A stretch of DNA of 63,487 bases, the filler included, from Pelomyxa schiedti (Eukaryota > Protista > Evosea): NCBI GenBank assembly GCA_020536535.1. It is 6 parts of 6 records of this genome, joined end to end, with 100 filler letters (N's around TTAATTAATTAA, not from the genome) between each part and the next. Parts side by side here need not be neighbours in the genome. Positions count along the whole stretch, not along the records: positions 1 to 16,892 come from JAHLWZ010001136.1; positions 16,993 to 46,980 come from JAHLWZ010001006.1; 4 more parts are not named here. One strand, given 5' to 3'. A program made the translations under genes and the position numbers. Every line of letters begins with the position of its first letter. Position 1 is the stretch's first letter. Shown here piece by piece: positions 11,562 through 25,100 of the stretch. The notes beneath the pieces are model-generated. The model ran no database searches. It was not told the DNA's origin and was given only the letters and a program-made list of their open reading frames with translations.

Positions 11562-13521
11562 TCAAGGGGAGCCAATAGGCTCCATTTCTAGAGGGGGACT
11601 TGCAGCCCCCGTTTGTGGTGAGTCCCACCTAGTTCCGCATTTATGAACGATGAGGTTGATCAATGAAAACAGAGTGAAAGTCTGAGTAAGTCGGTAAGAA
11701 GAGGTGAGGCTGTGGTGTGGAAGGGGGAAAGGGGCCACTTACTGACATAATCACAGCCACGGCCTGGAATAGGAATAAACATCCCAGCTTTTTGACCACA
11801 ACCCCACATACAACCTGCCCAATGCAGCTGCCCAGACCGGAATATGTGGCCGTGAACAAGCTCTGAGGTATTTGTTAGTTATAAGCAAAACAAGTTACTT
11901 TGCGTACCTGTGCTGTGGTTTCAAAGCCCTTTGGGGCGCTCTGGGATAGCATAGTCACAGCGGTGGACATCATTGGGGCAATGACAAGTCCGTGAAGCAG
12001 TTCGATAGGAAGCAGAACCCATTCATTGGGCATCACGGTGTAGAAAGAAACCCGGAGAATGAGAGAGACATGTGATACAAGAAGCATTCCTTTTTGTCCA
12101 ATTCTGTTGAGTGATGAAGTACTGGTTTTACTGATAATCTTTATGGTTGGGAGTACATGTCCGTTAATCTTTGGGAGAAGAAGAATATCGGGACTTCCAT
12201 AATGACGGTGCATGCAATTGACAGGCCATACAAGCCAAAAAGATCCTTCTTGACGTTGAACTCTTGCTCAATATATATAAACACATAGGAGACAGAGGAC
12301 AGACAGAAACTCGTCATAAAAGCTGCGAGTAGAACTGTAATTATATCCCAATTTCTCAGTAAGAGCATTGTAGACTTAATGATAGCCGGCTTTTGAACTC
12401 GAAGCTGCAAATCAACTGGAAAGTACTTAAATTGGATTCTTTGGGATTTTATCAATCTAATCAACTTCACGCGTCATGGTACATACAATAGAAGACCCGC
12501 ATAGACAACTGACAGCAAAGCAAATTGCACGAACATTGAATACACTCCAAGTCGGTCAATTAAAAAACCAGATGCGAATGCCATGAGGCCCCAAGATAGC
12601 GATCCCCACAGCCGCTGTTTTCCATAATGATTTTTTCCAACAAGTCCAATGACCTTTACCGATTGTTAGAATCAATACATCACAAAGAAGAGAATTTACA
12701 GTGGCATCCAAGATGGCTCCTAGAGGCGACCTGGCGCAACTGACTAAGAGTACAACAACGGCTAGAAAATAGAAGTTGTGAACCCAAATTAATGTCACTT
12801 GCAGCAACTTTTTTCTAATTAACTGAAGAAGAAAAGAAGAAAAGGAGGAACCATACAACAGTGAGTGATAGTGAAACTAGCCACACGATTTTGTGTTTTC
12901 TTGTCTTGTCTGCGAGTGCTGTCCACAATGGTGCTGACAATAAAACACCAATGGGAGTTATTGACATCAGTAATCCAATTTGAAGTGCATCAAAACCCTA
13001 CAAGCACAAAACACAAAAAAAGAAATGCAGCTGTTGAGCAGAAGAAGGAAAAAGGAGTAGCGTTGTACAACCTGAGAGTAAAAGAAAGGTAACATAAAAG
13101 GTAGTATTGAACCAATAGAAGCAAACCACATGAAGTTCATAGCCTTTGGCACCAAAAACAACCCCACGCACCTCCCAGACACTCCCCCTCCCCCTGCCCC
13201 TTCCCCTCCTGCACCCCCTCCCCCTCCCCCTGCTCCTGTCCCGGCCTCCGCGTCTTCCGCTGCTCCCCCGTGGCTGCTGCTGCTCCCTGACACCAGCCCC
13301 CCTGTGTGCCCCCCCTCCTCCCCGTCGCCCTCCCCTTCCCCCTCCTCGCTGCTGTTGGTGGTTGCGGGCATGGCTATCACCGCTGCGCCTCCCCCTCCTC
13401 CGCCGTCACCTTGTTGGACACTACCTAGGTCGACCTCGGCACTGCATGTTGTTGCTTGGGTGGTGAGTGCCCCGTTGCCAACACTGCCATGGCGTTCGGG
13501 GGGAGTCTCTGACGAGGCCAT
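11562..13521 (-). CDS. MFS transporter, MFSD6/MFS_1-like
   Basis: PKAMNFMWFASIGSILPF, YGKQRLWG, EVPIFFFS, ELLHG, APKGFETTAQ; many hydrophobic helices. Confidence 0.85.
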
Positions 13522-13548
13522 TTATTTTTTTTTGCTTGGTTTTTTTCT

Positions 13549-14790
13549 TCAGGGTGACAAAGACAAAGGAGTTGCATAGAAACGAGCAAGAACCAAGTCG
13601 GTCACGGCATCCCTCAAATCAAGTGCAAGTCCATTGTTGGAGCCCTGGTGCTCTGGTGTTCCTGTTGCAACATCGGAGGTGGGGAGAGTGGGAATGATGC
13701 CAGTGGTCCATGGTGAGAACTCTAATGAAAGGGGATGGACACAACAGGGGGTGGTAAGGTCAGACCAGTGGAACACTTGCAGCATCTTGTTATTGCCAGC
13801 GCAGCACAGGTGGTGAGGCCCAATGTTTTCAATGGATTCGGCGTTCGGGAACGAGCAGACACACTCTTTGGTCTGTGGGTTGAATACATACGCCACCGAT
13901 GTTCGATAGTCGCTGTGTAATGTGTACAGGGTGGTACCACTGCCCCACACGCAACCACGGGAATGGCAAGGAATGTCCATGGCATGACTGTATACTAGCT
14001 TCTTGCTTTCAAATGTACGATCAAGGTCGACGAGCATCACCTTGTTGCCTGCAGTAGCTCCATAATTATCCATAAGCACTGCTTTGTTTCCATCAAAGGG
14101 TGAAATGTCTCCAGCCCTACAGAAACAGTGGCCGCGATTCCGGGCAACCACTTTGACGTGGTTGTCTTCATCATGAACCAGGCATCTGTCCACCATCTTC
14201 CACAAATGCATCTCGTCACGCACGACACCGCACATAAGGAGCCACTTGGAAGAGACCGCCAACAACGACAAAAACTCGGCCGTAGAACCCAGAGTGCTGA
14301 CAACGCTTCCACTCGCGTCGGCCACAAACAGCGTGAAACCAAAGGGCTTCTTCTCTCTGCTCCCCCTCATCAGGAATGTGCCGTCACCCAAACCAGCGAC
14401 CATAGTACTCAAGCCGAGCCGATCTGGGCACCTGAACGCGCCGCACTGCACAACCCCCAGCGTAGGCGACACGTACACCCACACGTGCACACCTATTATT
14501 TCAGGTTCTTCTTCCTCCTCCTCTGTCCTGCGGACCGGCCCCGGTGGGTCAAAGAACCCCGCGGCGCCTTCCTTCGTCCTGATTGTCAAGACCCGCCTCG
14601 ACGCCACCGCTGTCACCCATTTGGACCCCCACTGCGACAGCAACGACGGGGTCAGAGCCAAAAGACACGCCGCCGGCGGCCGTGGCTGCGGTTGCGGCTT
14701 CGATGGCGACGCAGCGCGGTAGCAGGACCACCGACAGCACGCCACCGCCGTGAACTGCTCCTGCGCGCTCACCACCGCCCTCACCTCCAT
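13549..14790 (-). CDS. Intronless hypothetical protein (~410 aa), possibly a lineage-specific family
   Basis: Long ORF 13549-14892, likely start MEVRAVVSAQEQF; no domain recognised. Confidence 0.6.
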   Translation of the reverse strand: MEVRAVVSAQEQFTAVACCRWSCYRAASPSKPQPQPRPPAACLLALTPSLLSQWGSKWVTAVASRRVLTIRTKEGAAGFFDPPGPVRRTEEEEEEPEIIGVHVWVYVSPTLGVVQCGAFRCPDRLGLSTMVAGLGDGTFLMRGSREKKPFGFTLFVADASGSVVSTLGSTAEFLSLLAVSSKWLLMCGVVRDEMHLWKMVDRCLVHDEDNHVKVVARNRGHCFCRAGDISPFDGNKAVLMDNYGATAGNKVMLVDLDRTFESKKLVYSHAMDIPCHSRGCVWGSGTTLYTLHSDYRTSVAYVFNPQTKECVCSFPNAESIENIGPHHLCCAGNNKMLQVFHWSDLTTPCCVHPLSLEFSPWTTGIIPTLPTSDVATGTPEHQGSNNGLALDLRDAVTDLVLARFYATPLSLSP

Positions 14791-15064
14791 TTTCAATTGT
14801 TCCTCGAAAATCAGGGGAGTGACGCGCGCCGTTTGGGGATTTGCAATCCTAAAGTTTTCGATAATGGAATTCCCGAACTTGTGTGCCAGCATCTTCCCAC
14901 TGTACCGTGTTACAAGGAATCTGATTTCTTTTGATATACATAAATAAATCTTTGTTTGCTATGCCTTACAAGTGATGTGTGTTATGTTATGGATGTTATT
15001 GTTTCAGGTGTTAGTTGTCTTGTGAGGATTGTTTATTTGGGTGAGGATTGTGTTTCTGGTGTTA

Positions 15065-16568
15065 TTAGGTTCGGGATCCAGATGGAATTTTGTTTGGCTG
15101 TGAGGGGCGAAGCCGGCCCTTGTGAAAGACATCATTGACAGTGATTGTGAGGTGAAACTGACCAACTGGTCGCTTGCCTTTGAGCGGCAGGTCGACGTCT
15201 GTGTCGGCCATTTCGAGCAAGTCTGCTGTTGTGAGGGTGGACTTCGTTTCAGCCAGCAACACATTGTCAGCGTCATGGGCCACTATTTTGATGGACTTGG
15301 GCTGTGCAAAGAGCTTGCTCACGGAAAGGGCTACCCACACAGTAATGTCCTCCGGGGTGGAGACCACTTTGAACTCAAAGTCACCAGTGGGAGTAACCAC
15401 AGTATCTCCCCCTACAAGTTTCCACTCTTCATGTTCCCATTGAACAGCAGTCGAAAGTGTGATGTTGTCTGTTCGTGTTACTGAATATAACATTAGGTGA
15501 TAGGGGTGAAATGGATGGACCACACGTTCGCAGACAGCCTTCCAAAATTTGAAGCACACAGTGCGAAGCATACACCAAGAACGTGGCTTCACATACTCAA
15601 CGACGTGTACCAAAACGGCAATTGGAAGGTCCAGAATGTGAGTACCTTTATTGGATTGGCAAATTTGAGAGAAAAGAGCATGTGTCACTGGAAAACCTTG
15701 GACAATGAAAATTTCACGAGCAATGTCAGTGAAGGTGTCACCCAACAAATTGTGGGCACGCTCTTTTGGGTAAAAGACCTTTCATTACTGTGAAAAAGAA
15801 TACTCCTATTACTGAATGCATACCCTTTGTCTGCCTTTGAATGTAGCCGTATTGAGACTCTTGAGCTGGGTTAGCGACATCTGTTTTTTTAAATGTAAGT
15901 ATGAAAGGTTACAGCACAGAGCGAACGCACTGCCATATTTCTTTGTGCTTGGGCCTTCAATCTGGCTATCTTACAATCGATCTTTTTCACCAGGAAACTT
16001 TTAAGTTCTTCCAAAGCCTCGTCAATTTCGGTGCTGACTTCTCTTGTGCCCTTTTCGCCATATTCAATAAAAAACAAAGAAACAGGATCAAACACACTTT
16101 TTCAGCCTGGGAGGCCAGTATGTCCAAATAAGAAATGCCGTCTGATACAGTTGACCTTACTGTCTTGCTGTCATGCCACCGGGTTTTGTGCATCATACAA
16201 CCTCCCTCAGTGAACTTCACTTTACTTGTATCAGCTGCATTGGAAATACATAAGCAAAGGCCAAACACACCAAACCCAATAAGATACATACAAGCAGAAT
16301 CACTAGCTACTACAGGAGGTTGCTGATTATGGGAGCCAGAGTCTTGAGAGGGCAAGGTCGGCGAAGTTGTTTGGACAGCAGGGCCGTCGCCGGCGGCAAC
16401 GTCCGTACCCACACCATGATGGGAGGCGCACCGCGGGCGTTTCGTTACGGGCTCATGGGGAACCAATGATGTAGAGTCCTGAGGATGTGGACAACTAGAC
16501 TCGCTTGGCGTTGGAGCTGGCAGTACAGGCGTTGTCTCTTGCATTCGGTTTTGTGTGTTGGGACCCAA
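15065..16568 (-). CDS. F-box protein with C-terminal beta-rich (C2-like) region
   Basis: ILDLPIAVLVHVVEYVKPRSWCMLRTVCFKFW F-box; upstream exons approximate. Confidence 0.65.
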
Positions 16569-16892
16569 TTGGAGTAATTGTCTCGGTGCCAGGTAGATTG
16601 TGAGGTGTTCATTCTTTGTTCCCTCATCCCTCCTGCATCCCTCTTGACCCTCAGTCCAACATACACAACCGAGGGAGTGTGGAGTGTACTCTAGCAGTAT
16701 TCCGAACCTCTGGGGTGAAAAAATACTTCAGTCGAAGAGCCAATCACTTTCCTTGAAACAAAGGAACCGACCGAATGAATCGAGACCACAACTTCGTCGC
16801 TCGGGCCAGTCTCTCTGCACGGACCCAAGTGGGCGTGCTCGCGTGCTCGTCGTCCACGTCGGTGGCCCACTCTGCCGTCGCGGTGCTGGTGT

Positions 16893-16992
16893 NNNNNNNN
16901 NNNNNNNNNNNNNNNNNNNNNNNNNNNNNNNNNNNNTTAATTAATTAANNNNNNNNNNNNNNNNNNNNNNNNNNNNNNNNNNNNNNNNNNNN
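16893..16992. other. Artificial contig linker N-TTAATTAATTAA-N (also 46981-47080, 54958-55057, 59196-59295, 62273-62372)
   Basis: Identical 100-nt construct five times, with stops in all six frames. Confidence 0.97.
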
Positions 16993-17197
16993 CAGTCACG
17001 AGCTTACCCAATTTAATTTGCTTCCAGTAGAAATTTTACGTAAACTTGAGGCAAAAAACGTGAGCCATGTCTTTGTTTCTGCTTTGCTTTTCCTCAAAAT
17101 CCTAGTTGTGGCTCCAAATTCATTTTTTTCTTGCTGGTTTCGAATGATTATTTTAAAGGGATTGTCTCAGAAATTCCACTTTTTTGACTATTGAGTC

Positions 17198-18558
17198 ATG
17201 TCTGCCACAGCAGCTCCTGCTTCCCGGATAGAATCGTTGCACAACCACACGACAGCCTCGGATGGCACCATGTCCCACGTCGAGTTCCTCGAGGCCGCGG
17301 CGTCTCTTTCTGCTTCATACTACCAAGCATCGCCGTCGCCGTCGTCGGGCACCCGCAGACAAGGCCTGGGCGTGGTGGCGTTCACCGACCACGACGCGGT
17401 GATGCCGCGCAAGGTGGTGGAGAGGCTGCGGGAGGAGTTCCCCAGAGAGCGAGAGACGCCGTCGGTGGGGTGGATATCTGGAGTGGTGTGTGTGTGTGTG
17501 TGCGCGCCTCCCCCCGTCCCTCTCTGCATCTCTCTGGCTGTGTGTGTTGAATTATGGGTTCAGCTTTTGTGACAGGAATGTTAACAGGAACTCTCGGCGG
17601 GGAAGCCACGTGGACTTGGGGGTGGCCCAGTCATGGATTTACATTTGGTGTGTGGGCCAGTGTGGGTGTATGTTGGATCAATCACACCATCCTATGAAAA
17701 CGTAAACTGAAAGAGCTTTAGGTTGGACTGTTTGTGGACCCACTCAACCCCGAACTTGTAGAACACTGCAACAAGGCAACTGTTGCACGAGTTTCCCGCA
17801 TGGAGCAGATGGTGTCGAACTTGAGGGGTTATGGATTGGAAATTACTGCCGAACAGTGTCTTAAGGCTTCTGGTTGGTTCTTCTTTGGTTCTATTTTATC
17901 TTTTAATACTCCCGCTATCGCTAAGCAGGGTCCTATTTGCGCAGGTGGAGAATCCGTCGGAAGACCACATATAGCCCATGTACTATGCGGGAGTGAGAGG
18001 AACAATGCCGTTATGAATGACCTTGTTCAGCGCTTACGTCGTGATGCAGAATCTGATTCTTCCCTCTTACATCTTGTATCCGAGATTGACAGTGATCCTC
18101 GGGAGATACCATATGCAATATTCCTAGCGAAAAATGCCTACATCCAAGGTGTATATGTAGACTACCAGTACAGCCCCTGCTTGGAAGATTGCGTTTCAAT
18201 AGTTAGACAAGCTGGTGGACTGGCCATACTTGCACATTACTCCACGATTAGCAGATTGATTCCCCCGGAGTTACTTCGCTCAATGCTCACCAACCACAGC
18301 ACCCTCGATGGAGCAGAATCAATCTACTTCACAGCCACTGATGCCCAGCACCGGGCCACCAAAGCTGATAGGCACATGGTGGACTCCATTGTGCGCCAGT
18401 GTGGTGGCATTGTGAGTGGTGGTGGGGACATACACACCCGGCCTCAGATGGAAGAATACATACGCAACCCTCACAAGTGTGTTCTCTCCAGAACTCCAGG
18501 AATGGCAGCAACCATAATCCAAAGCGGCCGTGTGAACACAGCCTTCAGTAACTTGTGA
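17198..18558 (+). CDS. PHP-domain metal-dependent phosphoesterase (YciV/TrpH-like)
   Basis: LHNHTTASDG, FTDHD, GRPHIA, AGGLAILAH, GGGDIH. Confidence 0.85.
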
Positions 18559-18946
18559 CGGCTTTGACTCTCGTCAGAGAGTGCGAGTTGTTTGTTTCTA
18601 AGAAAAAAAAACTTTTGTTTGATGTCGGGTATTGCTGCGTTTCTACGGAAAGCTGAGGCCTTGGTACTTTTCACTTTTTACAACAGGAGGGACAAACCAA
18701 CCGTTTCGTTTGAAATGAACCACAGCAACGGCAACCGAGGGCGAGTACAACGAACACTTATGGGTCATTTTACACTCAAGACATGCAGTCACTGGCAGAC
18801 ATTCAAATGGGCTTGTGCCAAGAGAGTGAGAGACATTCTAGAGAATTGGATTGGTGTCGGAGGAGGCACGTGGCGTGGTGTGCCGATACTCTCTTAATGC
18901 ACCCAGTTGGTGACTCCAAGGGCACTTCCTACTCTTAGATTCCATC

Positions 18947-20310
18947 ATGTTTGCGCTAGAAGCTAAACCTTCTTACCTTCCTCCCCCTTTCTCAATGTCA
19001 GTACCTCTGTTGGAGCAACTGGATACAATCAGCAAGGTAACAGCACAAACAGCGGCATCTGCTGGATCCATCAATGTGGCTCTTCATTCATATAGGGATT
19101 CAGAAAGAGAGGGTTGCCATGATACCCTTTTCTTGCCTCCGTCATGTCACTCGTATGCATAAAAACATTTTAACCTATAAAAGACAGTTGGACCCAACTC
19201 TCAAATACCTTATAGGAAGGCATTTCAAGAGTTTATGTGTAACAGAGTGAAGACTACCTTGGGTTGCACAAAGGACTGGTGTGAAATACTCTCAAATACC
19301 AAGACTATTCTTGAAGCACAGCCGGCCTTGGTAACTACCTCGGCTCATTTTTACACGTGGGTTTTAACTTGTAACAATCTCAGCATCAAGACCATATTTG
19401 CGCATTCACAAAGGCCTTGCAACAAATCCAGGAGACCCACAATTCATCCATGGCACATAAAAATCTTCTAAGGACTATGAAAAAGAGTTGATTTGATCAC
19501 ATGTCTAGCATTCAACACAAAATTAGTCTTTTGCTGTTTCCGATTCTCTTGCAAATCCGTTCACTGTGAATTTGAGCTATCTTCCTTCTTATATTCTGAG
19601 GGCCCAATGTGTTTGTGAATGTGCCACCCAAATTGAGCCAAGTGCTTTGAAAGCTGTAGGATTGTGAGCAAACGCAATTCGTTGAAAGGGATTCAAGCCT
19701 TCAATGCAGAAAAGAATGATGTAACAGCAGACGAAAAGTCTTTTGAACGTGCAAAAATCAGTGCTGACAAAATGAAGATAGGAAGATCCACAATCAAGTC
19801 CTAGTCGATTGTTTACATACGACGAGAGCAGAAATGGTTTTTGCTAATACATCTGCAAGGTCAATCCACCAAGTACGAACTCTATTCCCTGCATGACCAG
19901 TTTGTTGTGAAATCCTTTGGAATGCAAACGTCACAACGTATGATACCCTTGATGTTACAGTGAGATGTTAGTCTATGAGCTGCGAATTGCACATAAAAAT
20001 TAGGTCTAAGCCACAGAATATCCTCGCGACAATGTCGAGTGGCCTTCCTCTGTCCTGCTGTAGTAAAACTCAAGTAATGTGAGCAAGCTGGACCTAGACA
20101 TAAAGTACCAACCACTCAAAAATGCTGCAAAAAAAAGCATCTCCCGTTGCACGCCAGACCACATGATCTTATCACTGTTAGAGCGGTATTCCAAAATACA
20201 CTACTTACAGGTTGAATCTCCCAAGGGCAGGTTTTCCCAGTCAAAGGAACCACTTCGGAAAGCACCGTAGCCATCTTCTCTGGGTTGCTCTTTGGCATGC
20301 TTTTCTCAGC
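18947..20310 (+). CDS. Multi-exon helical/coiled-coil protein, possibly BAR-like
   Basis: Exon fragments such as IQAFNAEKNDVTADEKSFERAKISADKMK; exon structure not fully resolved. Confidence 0.3.
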
Positions 20311-20485
20311 CATCTTCTCCCGGTTTTTTTGAGTTCTTCAAAATAGATCCTATGCACCTGTGACATCTTCCACGCAGGGAACCAATGAATAATTACTTGA
20401 TTCTCCTATTTTTTTTTCCACTTTCCAAAAAAACCAAATAAATCACAAGTAATTGCTTTGCCGGGCACTCTGTCACAGCAACACG

Positions 20486-22120
20486 ATGCTGCACAAACGA
20501 AAGACCGACATAAAAGACATAGACACAAATAAATCATACAGTGACAATGTTCCGGCGCCAACCGTGGCTCCGGGGTCACCACGTACGAGGTTGATTGCGA
20601 GCTCTATACTGGACTCGAACTCTGTGTCTGACACTATTTTGATTGTACGCGTTTTTGAGGTTTCAATGTCGTAACACTTGTGTCTGCTTAGATTATCATG
20701 TGGTTGTCAATTTCTATGGTCGCACGAGTTCTCGTTGAGGCATACAATTCGAGCACTTTGAGTAGTGAATTTTTACTTCTTGGGAGACTGCTGGATGGAT
20801 TGCATGTCCCGATATGCATTAACATCCCTGTTTACGTCGTCACCCCTTTCTGCTACTTCTTGGTGAAGAAGAGGTCGTCTCTTGGCGCACTAGTTTTTCC
20901 ACTCTATGCTGTCGGTCAATTCGCTATTTTGCTGCTTCCCCCATATCTGCTGCGGTCTTTGAAACCAGACTACTCTCCTGTCCTTGCCGCTTGTGTTCTT
21001 TGCCAAGGGTGATACTCTTAATTTTTAGTGTTCTTCTCACCCTGTACTGTTCAGGTTTGTTTTCATCACCAAGGGACACTCCTATTTCATGTTAAATGTT
21101 TTGTCTCCCGATCACAAAGGAAAAGAAGCTACTAGTGTTTGGTCATACTACGACTACATGATTTTACCAACTCTACTGTGGCAACCACCTTTCCGTCGAG
21201 TCGTGAGCCGTAGATGGTGGTTCATTTCCAAAAACATATTTCTCACTTTTGGATCTCTCTTCGTTTTGTACATTGTTATCTCCCATGCCATTGCCCCAAG
21301 TGCGTGCCCTCAAAAGAAACCCACATGATAATATCATAGCATTTCCCTCACCTATCCACTTTAGCTATTGCCGCCTTCCCTGAGCATGGAATCATTCGCA
21401 CCTGGCTAGCAATGCAAGCCCCTTGCTTGTTGCTCTTTTTCCTTGCGTTTTACGGAGTGTTGCACTGCCTGTTGAATCTCGTTAGTGAGGTACTTTTCTC
21501 CAGTCTTTTTTCCCTCCACTCACAATGACAAGATGGTTCTTTATGCTGACAGGTGCTTCTATCAAGACTGGTGGAAAGCTACTAACTTTGGTGATTGGAC
21601 GAAAAAATGGAATAAAAGTGTGCAAGTATGGATATCATCTTTTTACATCATGCTCCAAACCAATTTCCGGCTGAGAAAAAGTACTGCTCTTATAGTAACA
21701 TTTATTGTTAGCTCATGGTACCTCCCTGCTTCTACCCTCACTAAGCCCGCTAAGTCGTTATTGATCTTAGCTGGCATGACTTCATTCTTGGTATTTGCTT
21801 CAAGCAGCTTGGATTCTGGACAATAGGGTAGGTTCACTCCCCCCACTGTTACTCGAATTGATTTTTCTAGATTCATGGCACTGCTCCTCATATTCAATAC
21901 TGTCACCAGAACCAAGTTTTTCAAAAAAATGGGGCCCACAGCTGGGAACGTAATATTGTGGGGGTGCTTACTAACGGGTACATGATATCACCTTCAAAAC
22001 TCCAGTGATAACAAAAACACAGGTTTCCCAATGCTCATCATGTCCTATTCTCTGTGCTTGTACTACGTTGATGAGCCTGTTTGCCTTCCCTCCCACTTGT
22101 ATCGTATTTGGAAGTGGTGA
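20486..22120 (+). CDS. MBOAT sterol/diacylglycerol O-acyltransferase (ACAT/ARE/DGAT1 family)
   Basis: YMILPTLLW, ADRCFYQDWWKATNFGDWTKKWN (FYxDWW motif), SWHD catalytic His region, GNVILW. Confidence 0.85.
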
Positions 22121-22165
22121 AGACGTGGAGCAATATTGGCCAATATAAGAGACTTGCATATTTTT

Positions 22166-25100
22166 TTACACTAGCCCAGATTGTGACTTCTTTAGGTCAC
22201 TAAGTCTCGAGCTGGAAAGTACTGTTGTGTTTGTTGTTGAGTTTTGTGTGTTGGGGGCAGGGTGTGTGGGGGTATCTGTGGGCTTGCAGACAAGAGCAAG
22301 CGCACGTAGCCATGCTGAGCATGTGTACTGTGTCCTAGCCATAAAGACCATAACTACCGCATTGTTATGCAGGCTAAAAGAGTGACTTGTGTGCCTCTTC
22401 ACGCTCAGGTTATTGGTTAGTATCACTCCAGCGGCAGTGGTAGACTGTTGTGGGTGTAAGACGAGGCAAAGGGAGGAAAAAGGAACCTTGAATGAACGGA
22501 AAATAGTGAACTGACTGCGGTGGAGTACACACCACTTTAGAGCGGTAGATGTGCTACCTTTTTTTGAAAGGGCTCCTTGCATAATAGGCAAGGTGGAATT
22601 GAAGTTGTCCAGGGGAGATTCTTGTATCTGATAATATAAATGCTCAAGGAAGTCTCTAGAATAAATAGTTAATACTACGGGAAATGGACGGTGAGGGAGT
22701 GATGTACATGGCAAAGTTTGTGTGGCGGATTCCTTCTACCCAGGAATGCAGAGGTATCTTGGGGCTTGTACTCAGACCCCAGCATGCTTGTGCCACGGAA
22801 AGTGCTGACTCCACTGGTATATCAGATTGTTGTGCACAGTGCTTATCGGCAAATATTTGTAATACTTTAGCAACCTTGGCACTATCTTTTGGGAAACCAC
22901 AAGCTCGTAAAACTCTCCTTAACGTCATCTCGAAATCAAGGTCGGTGGCATCCACACACATTATAAACTCACTGAGTGAAGTGCTGGGAGCTGAAATAAG
23001 TAGGTAGTCGCACAGTGCAGAGCAGTCAAGAAACCAGCAGTTCTTTGCTAGAAAGTGAGCAACGGACTGCGGATTATTCCCTATTATTTGGTCTGCCTGT
23101 AGCTTTGCTATTGTGCTCCCTGGATTGAGTTTAAAACTGGATACCACAGTTTCGTCAAGAGGACACGTAGGAGGAGGTAATGCAGTTCCGAAAATCGCGG
23201 TAGGAGTAGAGCGCAGAGGTGGATGTGCGGTTGGTATTGATGTGGAAGGTATGCTTATGGTGTCTGTCTCAGTGTGAGTAGTACTGGCGGTAAGAGAGGG
23301 AGACAGTTCCAGGGAAGAGGTTTGGATTGTACGTGGAAATGGCCGTACAAGTAACGGTGTAGGGACACTCTTCGAAGGAGGTGCACTTGTGGTGCCAAGT
23401 AATTGAGTTGGTGGTGGCAACACACCAGTAGAAACATGTAACAATAAGGGTAATTGGTGTGATCCAGATGGTTGAAAGCTTGGCTTGGCAATATCCGTTT
23501 GTGGAAGCTGCCAAAGAGATGGAGATGACGCCGAACTGACACACAAACGAATTGGTGTGGGGCTTGTGGAGCGATGTAAGGTGGACGCGGAGTTTCTAGT
23601 TACAACAGATGAAAGTGGAACCGGTGTGGTGCTTAATGCACCAACGGGACTGGAATGTGGAAGAACACACAGGTCATTAGAAGGCAGGTTTTCCACGCAT
23701 TTTTCGTGCAGGTTCACGTCAGCGCACACTTAAATAGAATTCATTGAAAGCAGTTTCATGGGTTACATACCACTACACTGTAAGGCTTGCTTTCCAACGG
23801 TTATGTGTCGGGAGCAAGCAATGCAGTATCCAACTGACTTGAATGTATGAGGTTGAAATTTGTGCATTTTATACGGTGTTTCCCAGGAACAAAGTTGTCT
23901 ATCATCAGAACCTTGTTGATAAATGAGAGCGGAAAGGGGATTTGAAGAAACCCACCACTCCAAATGATAGCATTATTCCGTGGAACGAGTAGAAGACAGG
24001 TTATGGATCCACTATGCCCACTGGTTATAGTTTGCACACATTCCCTGGTCTAGAATCGTAGAGTACGGGTCACAACAAAAGTAAAAGAAAAAAAAAGAGT
24101 GAATGAAGAAACCTTAACATCCCAGACACGGATTGTCTATCATGGCACTTAAACAACGGATGAGAAATGTATGTCAAACCTTATCCCATGAGCAACTCCA
24201 CACTCTAAGGCCGACACTAAGGAGGTCATTAACTCTTGTGGCAGTAAAAGTCCCTTTACATGAACGTTGCTTGTGAGAAGTGAGAAGTGTATGTACGTGG
24301 TACTCTATCAAACCTCTGCATCCCAAATAACAATGGTATTATTTGCATGTGCCGTCCAAACTTCTTCAGATGAGCCTCTACCAGAGACAGAAACCATTGC
24401 TGTTACCGACACCCTCTCCCGATTGAATTCGGGAGTGATTTTGTATGTCTATAGTTCTTTTTTAAATATAACTGGATATTTGGGAAGAATATGCACCTTT
24501 GTGTCACAGGTGCAAATTCCCTGTGGTGTGCCTATCCATACATTAGAGCCCGATACTATTACTTTGAATACGAGAGTATGAAATTGAATGTTTTTAATGT
24601 TCTCCAATGCCTAAATATGTGTTAAGGGCGCTATGACGAGAGAGAAAAGCACAGGGGACCAAATGCATATGGTCATGTCGGCAGCAGTTGTCCATATTTG
24701 CTTCTTGTTTACGATTACAATGGACTGAATTGGTCCCCGATTGTGTGCTTTAACAGTTCGCCCACAGTTGCCATCCTTTTTAAGATAAAAACCTTGAACT
24801 GTTACAGAAAATGGGTTACAATGTCGTAAACTCTCAAGTTGCAATCATCACAGGCAACCCAAACTGCATCAAATACAGCCACCAAAGCCCGTACCGCACA
24901 GTTAATAATAATAGCAGGTTTTACTAGAATAGATGTCTATTTTTGTAAAGAGGTGGTTCACAATGATAAGTGTAACCTCCTGGTCGAATATCTGAATGGC
25001 CCCATTTTTCCCCCCGCATCCAACCCAGATATTGTTGTTGCATTGAATCATACAAGTAACAGGCCCAACAGTGGTCACTTGTGTGGTTGGATGGTCTGTG

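Noticed and set aside
6692-14934. Long antisense/overlapping ORFs (6692-7141, 10614-11578, 13130-13579, 14128-14934)
   Set aside because: Shadows of GC-rich or low-complexity coding exons
16893-16992. Recurrent TTAATTAATTAA palindrome
   Set aside because: Always centred in N runs; an artificial concatenation linker
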